A DNA stretch of 64,000 nucleotides from Lama glama (Eukaryota), in the NCBI GenBank assembly GCA_028534125.1, contig CM052817.1:43340001-43404000 (forward strand), read 5' to 3'. How positions within the stretch are numbered: the first letter of the stretch is position 1; each line of letters begins with the position of its first letter. A model generated the notes under the pieces. The model was not told where the DNA came from, ran no database searches, and saw only the letters and a program-made list of their open reading frames with translations. A program made the translations under genes and the position numbers. Shown here one piece after another: positions 38,704-50,926 of the stretch.

Positions 38704-39194
38704 CAGGTACACCTCACTGTATTGCATTTCGCTTTACTGCACTTTGAAGATACTATGTTTCTAACATATTAAAGGTTTACAGCAAGCCCCTGTTGAGAAA
38801 GTCTACTGGCACCATTTTTCCAACAACATTTGCTCATTTTGTGTCTCTGTGTTACATGCTGGCAATTCCCCCAATATTTCAAACTTTTTCATTGTTATTA
38901 TATTTTTAGGGTGATGTGTGATCAGTGATCTTTGGTGTTACTACTGCAAAAATATTATGCTTTGCTGAAGGTATAGATGATGATTAGCATTTTTTAGTAA
39001 TAAAATATTTTTTTAATTATTAACATTTAATAAATATTTTTTCATAATACTATTGCATATGTAATACAGTATAGTATAGTGTAAACTCTTGTATATACTG
39101 AGAAATCAAAAAATTCGTGTGACTTGCTTAATGTGATACTCACTTTAATATGGTGACCTGGACCTGAACATGCAATCTCTCCGAAGTATGCCTG
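38704..39194 (+). mobile_element. Tigger1-derived internally deleted MITE with both terminal inverted repeats
   Basis: Starts CAGGTACACCTC, ends GAAGTATGCCTG; Tigger1 5' part (GGCACCATTTTTCCAACA.CATTTGCTCA) joined to 3' part (GCTGAAGG..AGATGATGATTAGCATTTTTTAG). Confidence 0.8.
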
Positions 39195-39413
39195 CATGTC
39201 TTTTTGTGCCTAGCAGTGTGCCAGGAACATGAATGATTATTTCTGCCCCACATTTCCATGTAAAAGTGTGCGCATGCATGTACTCATAGACACACATGCA
39301 CACACACACACATTTCTTGAAGGAAAATGTGAATTCCAATGTCATATACATGGATGTTGTGGAAAAAAGAGAAATTCAGTCTGAACCACCAGCTGGCATC
39401 CCCAATCTCTTAC

Positions 39414-39561
39414 CGTCCTGGAATGTGTCATTAATTGCGATGACAGCCTGGAAAGGTTTGGTCAGTTCGGCCCCTTGTGCTGAGCTGAGGAAAACCACAA
39501 ATGTCTCCAGCCCTTCAATGACTGGATACTGAGTGTCATCCAGGATTGTCAGGGGACAATG
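39414..39561 (-). CDS. FRAS1: FRAS1 coding exon 11, Calx-beta 3: HCPLTILDDTQYPVIEGLETFVVFLS...INDTFQD
   Basis: Acceptor TCTCCTAG|CAT, donor ACG|GTAAGA, 148 nt, phase 0 to 1; hand-translated. Confidence 0.95.
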
Positions 39562-39609
39562 CTAGGAGAGAAATCGGGACGTTAACTGGACTTACTGCAG
39601 TGTTCCTCT

Positions 39610-39710
39610 CACAATACATGTAAATACCGAATCACTGTTACACACCTGAATCTAATATAATGTTATATGTCTATCATAACTCCATAATTTTTTTTTAATT
39701 TAAAAAAGAG
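39610..39710 (+). mobile_element. Very short L1 3' tail
   Basis: AATCACTGTTACACACCTGAATCTAATATAATGTTATATGTC.AT.ATA.CTC followed by an A/T-rich tail. Confidence 0.65.
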
Positions 39711-40096
39711 GAAAAATCAAAGCAAATCTTACAGAATGCTCACCATCCAACACCCATTTGCTTTTGGGAGATTAGGACAAAGGTGACAACTTTCCTTTCT
39801 TTGGTCATCTTTAAGTGAATTTTTTAAATCCATAAAGTGATAATCTCTTCATCACGTATCTTAGGTATCTTTCCTAGATACTTGCATTAAACAAGTGCAG
39901 TTTCTATCCTGTCATGCTGGATATTAGATGCTGAAAATGGCATTTGGAGAGTTTATAGAAGATCTCTCTAAGCTTGTTCTCTTGTTTGTGTTTTTAAGAA
40001 AGGGAAGATGGTAATATTGCAAGGGGAGTTTAGAGTCCTCCAGTGAGTGTGGAGAGCAGACTAGAGACAACACAACAGACCCGTCTGTACGCGCAC

Positions 40097-40257
40097 CTGC
40101 TCGGTGACACCTGGCCCGAACTCCACCTTCCTAGAGCTGGGGACGTAGTCAACTCCTGGAGTGGCAGAAGCGGGGTCCGAGGGCCGTGTAGCACACCAGA
40201 CAGACATGAAGGTGGAAAGGTCAGTCCCGTGGCGGATCACCGGAATCGTCACTGTGC
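40097..40257 (-). CDS. FRAS1: FRAS1 coding exon 10, Calx-beta 3: GTVTIPVIRHGTDLS...FGPGVTEQ
   Basis: Acceptor AATTCAG|GC, donor CAG|GTGCGC, 161 nt, phase 1 to 0. Confidence 0.95.
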
Positions 40258-41798
40258 CTGAATTGAGAGTCATACGTTTCAATGGTCAATCTTAAACCAG
40301 AAAATGAGTGCAGTTTTCAGAACAATGTCCTCCCTCCCAGCAGCAGACGCTTTGTCCTGCCAGCTTGTCCAGTCCAGCTTCAGTGATGCTCCCGTGCTCC
40401 CGCCGAGGAAGGCTGCGCGGTGTTATGGCCCGTCTTTGTACTGACACTAAGGGCAACAAGACCTGAATGAGGCCTCATGGAGGCGGGTGCTGGAGGGACA
40501 GCCCTTGGGGGAAAGTGGTTTTGTGGCTTCATGAGGGAGACTGTCTCCACACTGTGAAAAGAACAATGAACTTAAGAGGGGAGGGTCCACTGAAAAACAT
40601 CTCAAGCTTATTTAGGGAGAAGAAACTCAGAGAGCAGGGCCTCAGGGATGAGCCAGAAAATAGCCAATTAAGGAAGAACCAGCTTTGGGAATCTATGGGG
40701 CCTGGAGCTGAATGTTCCTAATTAAATGTTCCTAACTGGGAAATTGGGTGATTTCCCTATTTTATCCGAGTGGCGCACACATCATTGCTTAAACCATATG
40801 TGCTTATTGCTTATCTTGGGAATGAAGCTCCTCTTCTGGTTGCTGGGACAACATACTTTGTACGGTCCTAATGATATCCATGTACATTTTTAGTTGTTTT
40901 CACAGTGTAGGTCAGAGAAAAGCTACATGACAAGCCCATCAATCATACTTTTCTAGCCAATGAGCTGGGGGATGACAAGCAGTCATGGCTCAGGGTTTGG
41001 CGTATGGGAAAGGAAACATGGTATATTAGAAGGCTCTGGGTTCTAATCCCAGCTCTGCCATATGAGCTGATCTTTGATGATTTATTTTCTCTCTCTGGGA
41101 CTCCACTGGTTCTTTGATATAAATGAGAATGAGTGGAATGCACACGGCATGGTGCCTGGCATTCAGCAAGTGCTCAAAAATATTAGTTCCTACTATCCCT
41201 CAGAATATCACCTTCGAAGAGGTGAATGATCTTGAGCAGGTGGCTCAGATCGGCAGACACTCAACCCAGCTGCTGCCTCTTCCGGACGTATGTCAGAGAC
41301 TTTGAGATCCTCAAGGAGCCAAAAGGGGGAAGAGGACTGGGTAGAAGAAATCTGCCCACTGACTGCCTCAGGCTGTTAGGTGAATGAGAAAATTCTATTT
41401 GTTAAGACACTGAAACTACGGAATTTATCTGTGTTGGCAGCTAGCAGTACACTAAATCATTTACCTCCATCCTCAACAGATCACATTCCCCTCCTTCATG
41501 GGCTGAAATACTTAGCACCACGCCCACCCTCTGGACCACAGAGGTCAGCCAGTGAACTCGAAGCCAGATCCCTCCCTGCTATCAGTAACCAGAGCAGGAA
41601 AAGTGGGTGGAACTCTCTAATCTTTACTGCCTTCCATTCTTGGTCTGGCTGCCTCACGTTACGTGCCTCAGACCGACAATGGTGTCGCTGAGGAATGGCA
41701 TTCTCCACGTTCTTAAGGGCATTCTCAAAGCTAAGAGGGCACTGTTCAAGAAAGGGATCAGGAGATGGGTGACGGCACCCAGAGATGCTCTCCTTTAC

Positions 41799-42143
41799 CT
41801 GCATCCTCGCTGACAGTAAAAGCCGTGTTGCCCAGGCACACAGTGGAGGCATCGTTGGGGCCGCTAATGAGCACCTTGGCCGATGCCACCCTTCCAATGC
41901 GGGTGTTGTCAGAAGCATCTGTCAGGGCAATCTCAAACTCCTCTTCCTCTTCGTACTCGCTGTCATCGATGAGCATGACATCGCAGGTGGACATGGTGAC
42001 ACCCGGCCCGAATATCACACGACTCTCAGCAGACATCCCTCTAGATTTAAAATCAGAGCCTGATTCTAGAGCATAGAGGCTACTTCCCATAGCTGACTTA
42101 GGGACCGTGTAGCAAATGGCAGATACAATGCTGCTTGAATCCC
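41799..42143 (-). CDS. FRAS1: FRAS1 coding exon 9, Calx-beta 2/3: GDSSSIVSAICYT...IDDSEYEEEEEF...VSEDA
   Basis: Acceptor ATTTCAG|GG, donor CAG|GTAAAG, 345 nt, phase 1 to 1. Confidence 0.96.
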
Positions 42144-43339
42144 CTGAAATAAAAATGGCAAGAAAACCAAAGCATTTGAATAAGCACTTCTCACACTTAA
42201 AAATCTCTGGTAATTTGATGGGCTTTATTTCCTCTGACATATTCCATCACGATTTCTGTTCAAACCCTGACATGAAACCTTCCTGCTTTGCAGTTTCTTA
42301 AACCTGTGGTATAAACCACTTGAGGATTTAATACACGCCAGATACTTCACCAAACAACTTGAAATGGATTTCCTGTTCTGTGAATTTTGTGCTTTGTTAA
42401 TTCACAAGACTCATTGCCCACCATCTAAGACCACAGAGGAGGGAGAGATATGAGACATACTTGGTCCTTTAAGTAGCAAAGTAATTGTGTCCTGAAGGCA
42501 GAGCTATGAGCACAGTTCACTGCCTTTCTGAATAAACTTCCACACATTAACTCCCAGGGAGAAACAAGCTTATTTGTTTGTTTTTTTTTTTTAAAGGAAA
42601 TACCAAATAAAATAAAACCTGCCTCTCTGTCCAAACGACTGTACTCATTAGTGCTGCCACTTCCCTGGGTGACAGTCTGCCTGGGCTCGGCTGGCTGGCC
42701 CCGAGCAGTCACGGGGCTTGATTGTTCTCTGAGCTGCATTGCCCTGGGCTGGCGCTCTCTGCAGAGTTTGCTGCACTGACACCTGGTCAGCAGATGCAAC
42801 AAAATATCTGACATCATCACTTACAGTCATGTTGTGGCTTTGAACAGGGATTTAATTTCCACGTGTTTACTTCTCACACACAGTTTATTTCTCATCTGAG
42901 CTCTAACTGTGACATTCATATGGGGAAATCTTTAAACACATTTTCTGTCTTCCAAGAACTAAGAGAAGAAGTCAGTTCTTACAAACTGTAACTACCCTCC
43001 TTGACCACTAAAGGCTACTAAAGGTTCTGTGAATTGCGTGATTGACTAAGAACTCCCAGTTCATGAGTCATTAGCAAGGCCAAATATAATCAGTCTTCTG
43101 GGTCCATTAAAGAAAATATAGGAGTGATAACAACTTGAACTAAGAAGAGAAGCCTTCTGATAGAACTAACTATAGGTAGGACGGTTATTAGGGTTTCTAG
43201 GGATTTAGATGCACATTTTTAATGAACCTAAAGTACTTACACAGGAGTTAATATGGTACATGAGCACGTGGCACATAAAAGGGAATCAATAAATGTTAGC
43301 TATTATGATAGCTCCTTGTCACCTTTGGTACCAACAGAC

Positions 43340-43586
43340 CTTTTCTTTCAATAGGTGCAAAGAGAAAGCCAGCGCTCTCGTTGACCCGGTAGGTCTTCTT
43401 ATCAAACTCTAATGTGGGCTCGTCCTCAGTGTCACTGATAATGACCTTCGCCTGGGTGAGCTCCCCTAACAGGGCGTACGCTGGCATGCTGAGCTCCACG
43501 GTGAAACTCTCGACGTTCTCAAACACGTCGTCATCATTGATGACGATGGTGCAGGACTTGGTGTCCTCTCGCTCATCAAACTGCAC
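43340..43586 (-). CDS. FRAS1: FRAS1 coding exon 8, Calx-beta 1/2: VQFDEREDTKSCTIVINDDDVFE...FAPIERK
   Basis: Acceptor GGCAG|GTG, donor AAG|GTCTGT, 247 nt, phase 0 to 1. Confidence 0.95.
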
Positions 43587-45087
43587 CTGCCACAAAGGAA
43601 CCGACAAGGAGTTCAGCTGTGCCTCAGAGTCCCTGGCTCCGCTCCCCTAGAGCATCGCGGGAAAAGAGCAGCCAAGTCCGGGGCAGAGCACTGGATGAAA
43701 TCGCTGGGTCCTCTCGCCCAGCCTTCCTGCTGTATCACCTCTTCCCATTCCCCATCTGTACACGCGCTCATTTACTGTGTAGGGACACGGAAGACAAGAC
43801 GGCTCCGACCATGCGTGACTGTAGAAAACGTGTAGGTAACTATTCATATCCTGTCCTATTAACTTACTTAGGATAGCCAGAGCCCTTTGATTGCTCCGTT
43901 CCCCTTTTATTTGTGATATTTATTTATCTTTGAACTTGGAGTGTGAAGTTCTGGCCTCAAGTCCTGGTCCTCTTCCAAGCTGGGTTAGGCTACGAGACTT
44001 CACACACATCAGATTCCTTATCAGCTACAGAACAATAATAATACTCCTATTTCACACTTACTGGGAGGAGTAAAGCAGACAACGGGTAGTGAAGGCACTA
44101 AGCATATTTCAAAGCACTGAACAAATAAGGATAAGACATTATCCTCATTACCATCACCGTATTACTGGTACAATCAAAACTGACATAGGAGTCTCAGTGT
44201 ACTGAATAATGGCATTTGAATTCAGAGAAAGTTACATTACGAACAAGCTAGACTGAATTTTACCTTTCTGTTTGACTAAATCCTTTAAGCCATTAAGATG
44301 GCTAGATCTATAATGTGAATTAATTTAGCCTGGTACAAAATAGAGAAATTAATTTATATGCATACAATTGTGAACTTACAGGGATTTATTCTAGTTTTAC
44401 TTTGTCTTAAAAAAAATGAGGATAAAACCCTCATATGGAATCAGGGCTTCAGGTTTGCCCAAACTGAAAGGGCAGGCAGTGGGCCTGGACTGCACTTTGT
44501 ATAAACAGGGACAGCTAAAACCTGTAAAAGGGGTCCCAAACCTCTGGGGACACACAAATCTGCAAAACCCATAATTTACATCAACAGAAAATTATGATTC
44601 CACATCTAATTAATTAATCAAATTAAGTTTAATTAAGCTCCACATTGTAAGATGCTCCCAACTAAATGAAACACTCATAGGTCTCCATTTAGGTCTAGGA
44701 CACACTGCCTTTGTTTTTCCCTGAAAAACACAAGTACAAGCTCTTTCTTCTTATTTTGCTGGAAGATTCTTTAGCTTATCTGATCTTCTCTAATTCCTTA
44801 TTTAAATCTGTCACAAGAAGACTTGGTCCAGCTGAAATGCCTCAAAGAGAGAGCCTACTTCTCTTTACAGAGATTTATGATGTTGTAAGAATAATGAAAC
44901 TACTTTGAGTTTAAAACATTTAATAAATACCTAGTAAGTGCCAGGGATTATGTCCTACATAAAAGATGACACACACAGGGCATCCTGCCACAAGGGCGCT
45001 TTCTACTTACGTCCTCCTTTCCCTTTTATTTTTCATTTACACCCTGGGGCTAGTTACCATTGTTGTACCATAGAGAGGTACAAGTGT

Positions 45088-45130
45088 ATATGTGTGTACA
45101 CGTGTGTATGCGTACGTGTGTGTGTGTGTA
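45088..45130. repeat. Imperfect (TG)n microsatellite
   Basis: TGTGTGTACACGTGTGTATGCGTACGTGTGTGTGTGTGTA. Confidence 0.8.
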
Positions 45131-45806
45131 TCTACCCCAGAACCCCTCTCTGCACTCCTACCAACCCACAGAACTGTCCACTGATTGTCTCTAAAGCAAC
45201 TCACACTCAACACGTCCAAAGCAGTGTCAAGGTCACCCCCTCCACAAAACTGCTTCTCTTTGGTGTCCTTTCCCAGGGAGGGGCATCCCCACCCATCCCT
45301 CCCTTCTGCCCTGCTCTACACTCCTCGGCTGCATCCTATCAGTTCTCATCATCTGTTGAATCCACTCACTTGTCTCCACCGTCACGTTATAAACGAAGCT
45401 CAAGCTCCCATCGCCTCTCACCCAGCCTGTTCCCAGAGCTTCCCAGCTGGTCTCCTACTCCCTCCTCTCCCTTCAGGTAAAGGGAAGGGGGAGGAAGGGT
45501 CAGGGTACCAAAGGCTGAAAAGTCAGCATGCTGCCCTGGAGACTTTTCTTGGTCCTGAGGCAACATGTAAAGACCAAGAAGCTAGAAGCTCGACAGCAGT
45601 TCAAACTTCAGTGGAGATTAGACAGACCGTGAAGAGCAAAGCACTGTGGGAAGGCAACACAGAACAATTACTGGAGGAAGGGTGCCAATGGATAGGGTGG
45701 TGGAGTAAAGAAGTGCAAACGTGTCACGGCCACTGACAAGCATGTCCCAGCCCTGGCTGGAGCCCACCGGGGGCTTCAGGAAGCAGAGGCCCCCGTGCCC
45801 ATCTAC

Positions 45807-45975
45807 CTGGCCGGCATACTCCACGTAGTCCTGCTGCCCAGGCCGGGAGCTGAGCCTGGAGCCGGAGCTGGCGGTGCCCGGCTCCGTGCGGCACAGGACG
45901 ATGGCATACTGGTTTAGGTTCCCGGTCCTCTGCACGGTGACGCTGACTGATCCCGCTTTCTCACTGACATTGTAG
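45807..45975 (-). CDS. FRAS1: FRAS1 coding exon 7, Calx-beta 1: YNVSEKAGSVSVTVQRTG...QDYVEYAGQ
   Basis: Acceptor TTCCAG|C, donor CAG|GTAGAT, 169 nt, phase 2 to 0. Confidence 0.95.
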
Positions 45976-47209
45976 CTGGAAGCACATAAAAGGCAGTCTC
46001 TGACATTCTGACAGGGGTGTGAAGAATCCATGTGTTTAATGCCTGTCTCTTCTGGTTGGTTATTGGTGTCAGACATTTCAGAGAAGAGGTAATTTGGTTC
46101 CTTTAAGAAGTCAGGTTGTGTACATTGAGGGGATGTGTTCACCTGGGGCAGGCCCAGAACCAGGTGGCCAAGGAAACTGTGGATGCAGAATGATATCTGC
46201 CCTATTTTCAGACAGAGTTGAAAGTCATTCAGAAGATGGACAGCACGCAGGAGCTGGGCACTCCATATTTCAGAACACAGGGAAACAACCAGCAATCTCT
46301 TCTAAGTGTGGTTAAGTAATTAGAATAGGTTAGTGGGTCCTCCAAGTGTGCGTAAGAGTAGAATGGCCTACATCCGGGGCACATGAAGTCAAGTTTGCCT
46401 GGTATCCTTTTTCCCCCCAAATTACAATTTTCATCTGAATTATCATGAAGTTGTTTTCACTGAAGAGTAAGTCTCTGAAACGTAGACCTGAAGAATTATT
46501 TCCCCCGCAAAATTCATAATCCTAGTTACAATTTAATCTATAAAATCAGCACTGTGCTTTACCGATTGGCGCCTCTCTGCCTCCTGAACTCCCCCACAGA
46601 CTACAAAAGCATCTTGAAGAGCTGACTACGTTAAGCTATGAGTCTGTCCCAAAAGATACGTGATTCTGTGAAGCCCAAAGGAGCCAGGGGGAGGATCTGA
46701 GCTTGAGAACAGGGAGAGTGTAGACGGAAGGTGAAGACTTCGTTATTGTGGGCCAGGGACTATTTTTAGAAACTGAATGCATGTGTTTTCCCCATTGGTT
46801 CTGCTGGATTATCTTTTAAACTTAAAGACAGAAGCAAAAATACTTGCAGGAGAAGCAGCAAAGCACAATGGGTAAGATCACTGGGCTTGAATCCTGGTTT
46901 TACTGCTTTTTAGGGTTAGCCGCTAAGTTACTGAAACCCTTTCTGTCTCTATCGCTTTGTTGTTGTGGCGGCAACAAAGGGTCCCATCTCACAACTGCAA
47001 GTGTTAAACAAGATGACGTGCGTCAAGCACCTAGTGCAGTGCCTGGTACACGCAGGAGTCAAGAGATGCTTGGTGTAACTGTTACTTTTATTGCTGTTAC
47101 CACTGCCATCACCGCCAGATGATTAGCGCTGACCCCCAGAGAGCGCCGTCCTGACTCCCCCTGCTTGCCTGACCCATTTCTCAAGAAGGGACACCAGCAG
47201 CACTTGTAC

Positions 47210-47369
47210 CTGGTACGTGTGAAGCTGATGAGGGACCACTGGATATGGAAGACATTGTCGCCGACCACATTGGGTTTGCTGTCTTTCACCAGAAACTGAA
47301 AATTATCCATCATCTCATGGCTTTTCTCCTCATGCAGCACGTACCGAATCAACCCCAAGTTCACGTCCT
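47210..47369 (-). CDS. FRAS1: FRAS1 coding exon 6: EDVNLGLIRYVLH...FHIQWSLISFTRT(S)
   Basis: Acceptor TTTTCCCTCAG|AG, donor CAG|GTACAA, 160 nt, phase 1 to 2. Confidence 0.95.
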
Positions 47370-47842
47370 CTGAGGGAAAAAGAGACACTGAATTAACCTG
47401 GGGATGTAAAGGCAGCCTCATAGATTCCTACCGACACATCCAGTTTATTCTTCTTGTGGGCTACAGACAAAACTCATTTTCCTAAGAACACAAAGGTTAG
47501 TAGTCGTAAAAAGAAATGTTTCTGCCAGATTTTCAGATAAGATCCGGTACTTCTGTGTAACAAAAGATCTGTTTTTATGTATAGGAAGTACCCAGATGCT
47601 GTCGTAAAATGAGAATCCCAGGGTCTTGGCAAAAAAGCACTTTAATAAATGTCTGTGGAATGTTAAAGGCAAATCTTAGAGCTGGTAGAGAAAAAGTCTT
47701 TGACCCCAACTGCTGTGCATATATATGCTCATACTTGCCTCTACTTCCTTCTAAATAAAGGTTCTTTGGAAGGTATGTGCTACAAGAAAAGCTGGGATTG
47801 GATAAAACAACCCTTACCCAAGACACAGATAAAATGGGGCTA

Positions 47843-48301
47843 GGATAAAAAAGAATAAAATAATGCCATTTGCAGCAATATGGGTGGACCTAGAGACTGT
47901 CATTCTAAGTGAAGTAAGCCAGAAAGAGAAAGAAAAATACCATATGACACCACTTATATGTGGAATCTAAAAAAAACAACAACACTGTGAACTCATCTAC
48001 AAAACAGAAACAGTTTCTTAGACGTAGTAAACAATCTGATGGTTACCAAGGAAAAGGAGTGGGAGGGAGTAAATTTGGGAGTTTGATATTTACAAATGTT
48101 AGCCACTATATGTAAAAATAGGTTTTAAAAAGTTTCTTTTGTATAGCACAGGGAACTATGCTCAATATCTTGTAATAACCTTTAATGGAAAAATATGAAA
48201 ATGAATATATGTATGTATATGCATGACTGGGACATTGTGCTGTACACCAGAAACCGACACATTATAATTAACTGTACTTCAATAAAATTTTTTTGCTTTT
48301 A
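47843..48301 (+). mobile_element. Young 5'-truncated L1 (camelid-type 3'UTR) with 12-bp TSD
   Basis: ATAATGCCATTTGCAGCAA.ATGG.TGGACCTAGAGA, TGTATAGCACAGGGAACTAT, GCATGACTGGGACATTGTGCTGTACACCAGAAA; TSD AAAATGGGGCTA at 47831-47842 and 48302-48313. Confidence 0.9.
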
Positions 48302-48932
48302 AAAATGGGGCTAAGAGAAAACACCAGATTGAGGACAGGGAGAAAAAGGAAACATGGCACATGAACTGTAAGATGCAGCTGTGCCGTGACTGCTCCCAGT
48401 CGGGTCCATCCTCCAAAGAAGTCTAGAAGACTCTGACAACCTTGTATGAAACTAAGACGGTTGGCTTGAGGCAGTTTAAAACAGGATACTATTTCTTTTG
48501 AGTAATCTACTTGTGTTGATTTTTTCTTTTGCTGAAGACTTAAAAAAAAGTCCATAACCCTTAGAGAAAAAAAAATAAACCACACAGGATCACAGATCTT
48601 TCATAAAATCTGGTGGTTGTTTTCATTTTTAAAGAAAAGCCAGGAGTATCATGCGATCCTTTCTTGAAAACTTGGCCAAAACCTAAAGCAATTTGGAAGC
48701 TGAGGAAGCATGGTAAAGATAAATTGGGGGGGGGGGCGTAATTCAGAGTAATAGGGAAAAAATCAGGAGAAGTATAATTCTAAAGTTGAGTGGCTAGAAA
48801 TTAAAAGATCTATTGTTGGTAAATAGGTTAGTTGGGGGCATGTAGCTGGCAGTGGTTGTGAGAAAGACCAGGAAGGAGGGAGAGTGGCGTTAGAATAGAC
48901 TCCTCCCACTTCTCAGCGCCGCGAGCGCCCAC

Positions 48933-49083
48933 CCTGCGTGAAGGTTACAGCCACTCTGCCAGGCTGCAGCTTGTTCTCCACGTGGCCATGCTTGGGGCCT
49001 GCAGTTATCTCATAGACCAGCTGTGGGTTCTCCGTGTCCGGGTCCATGGTCAGCAGTTCCTTCTTGGTGATCAAGTTGGTTGC
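48933..49083 (-). CDS. FRAS1: FRAS1 coding exon 5, last CSPG: ATNLITKKELLTMDPDTENPQLVYEITAGPKHG...TFTQ
   Basis: Acceptor TTCCAG|GCA, donor CAGG|GTGGGC, 151 nt, phase 0 to 1; hand-translated. Confidence 0.95.
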
Positions 49084-49149
49084 CTGGAATAGAAACCCAT
49101 TAAATTTAATTCCTGAGATGGGAATAAAGCGGGAACAAGACCCTCTGAC

Positions 49150-49800
49150 TCAGATTTAATTCAGTTCGACAATGATTTACTGAGTGCATTTACTGCCTGG
49201 GAAACTTTGTCAGGATTGAAGAGGGTCTAAGGATGGAAACCATCCCAGCCTCTGCCCTAGATGTGTTCACACTTTCTTGGGAAAGAAAAGCTCATGAGCA
49301 AGGTAACTGTGGCAAGAGCTATGATGGGAGATACAGAAAGAGTGGTGCACACTTTGGGGAGCAGGAGTGATTCATTCCATTCCGACTGTGGGAGGGAGGA
49401 TTTGATATGGTGGGATTTGAGTTTGGCCTTGAAAGAAGGTTGAAACTTTGAAAGAATGATACAATACAGGGGAGATGGCCACTTTATACCTTACAGGAGT
49501 CGATTACAATGCTTGGAACTGAGTCAGGTAAATACATGATATCCCAATATTGCCCAGATTTAGTGACTAAATTTTAATTCACTCATTTATTCACCCCACA
49601 AATATTTAGTGAGAGCAAAGGTTTGAGAGAAAAGAATGCATGGTCAACAGTATTAAATGTTACTAGAGCTAGTAAAATAAGGGCATGTAAGTGATCTTTG
49701 GCTTTGGTGAAATCGAGGTCACTGGTGACTTTGATCAGAGTCACTGTGGCAGGGTAGGGGTGGGAGGTGGAACACCAATTGGAGAGCGTCAAGAAGAGAA
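49150..49800 (-). mobile_element. L2 LINE fragments
   Basis: ATTTACTGAGTGC, GATTTGAGTTTGGCCTTGAAAGA, GAGGTCACTGGTGACTTTGATCAGAG. Confidence 0.55.
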
Positions 49801-50269
49801 TGGCTTGGTTCTGAGGATGGAGAAAAATATCAACTAGGTCGTGAGAGGAAGCTGTACTAATTTTGTTTCATACATTTAGAAACTCCCAACGAGTTCAGTG
49901 GAAATCTATGTTGCACCATTGCTACATATACAACCAACCAACCAGCTCCACAGAGATGAGAAAATCCACAACTTGGAGGAAATAGCACACACACAAGTAA
50001 GAAGTCAGTTCCCAAACTGAAATGAAGAACTATGAGTGCCTGGGTGGAGATGGGGATTTAATGCTTGACATGTTACCAGGTGAGAATTACAGTCTATCTT
50101 AACACAACCAAATTGGAAGTTAGAAAAAGGAGAAACACATTTCTAAATTTCTAGAATTCCTCCGAGGACACTCACCTACCAAAAAAACTCACTTCCTTTC
50201 CATCTATGGCAAATTCCAGATGTTTCCCCAAATCCATCCACCTCTTCTAGTTAACAAACTTTCAGTGGA

Positions 50270-50665
50270 GCCCCTCGCTGCCCAGCTAGAGACTTCCAAG
50301 CAACGGATGGGGCCAGATGACCAATTTCTTTCCCAAAGAATATGAATGCAAGTGTCACGTTTAAATTCTGTATCACTCGCTTGAAATGAAGTTCCTTGCC
50401 CTCCACTTCTCTGTTTTCCTCCTCCCTAGGGCTGGAACATTGATGAATAGCTGAAGAGTTTTTGCTCTGCTGTGAACGGCACCAACCCAGTGATGGCAGA
50501 AGAATAGACAGAAGAAATCTGCATCTTCAAATGGTCACGTGGAGCCCTAGACTCCCACTTGCTTCCACCCTTTAAATATGAGGGAAAAACCCTTCTATCT
50601 TGTTTGAGCTAGTATATGTGGGGCATCCCTTTGTAAGAATATCTTAAACTATAACACAATTCTAA
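50270..50665 (+). mobile_element. Old MaLR LTR (MLT1J/K-like)
   Basis: GGGCCAGATGACCAATTTCT..AAGAATATGA..CAAGTG; GAGGGAAAAACCCTTCTATCTTGTTTGAGC. Confidence 0.55.
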
Positions 50666-50812
50666 CCAAACTCATGGAGCTCAGCAATCTTAGGAAATCA
50701 GCTCACTTAGAGAGGGATAAACATGAGTTGAACTAGAGTCCTAGTCCTACTGTTATAGACAGGATACAGCCCAAGTCGTGAGTGGTGACTGTGCCAGATG
50801 GAAGGGCCTTAC

Positions 50813-50926
50813 CCTGCCATCCATATACTCCAGCCATTGGAGCCCCACGTTGGTAACAATTCTCGGGGCGCCATCATCGACTGGGAGGACGTCTACCTGG
50901 AACTGCTGAGGGGCTGCTGTCATAAC
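50813..50926 (-). CDS. FRAS1: FRAS1 coding exon 4: VMTAAPQQFQVDVLPVDDGAPRIVTNVGLQWLEYMDGR
   Basis: Acceptor TCACAG|GTT, donor AGG|GTAAGG, 114 nt, phase 0 to 0. Confidence 0.95.

Noticed and set aside
44938..45736. Two overlapping plus-strand ORFs of about 180 aa
   Set aside because: Low-complexity translations of (TG)n and pyrimidine-rich, L2-like sequence
45840..45875. Apparent 4-aa insertion (SSGSRLSSRPG) relative to one recalled human sequence
   Set aside because: I recall human FRAS1 records differing by a few residues in length, so novelty cannot be claimed without an alignment
45618..46295. Longest ORF in the track (225 aa, minus strand)
   Set aside because: Only 45807-45975 is FRAS1 exon; the rest is intronic read-through
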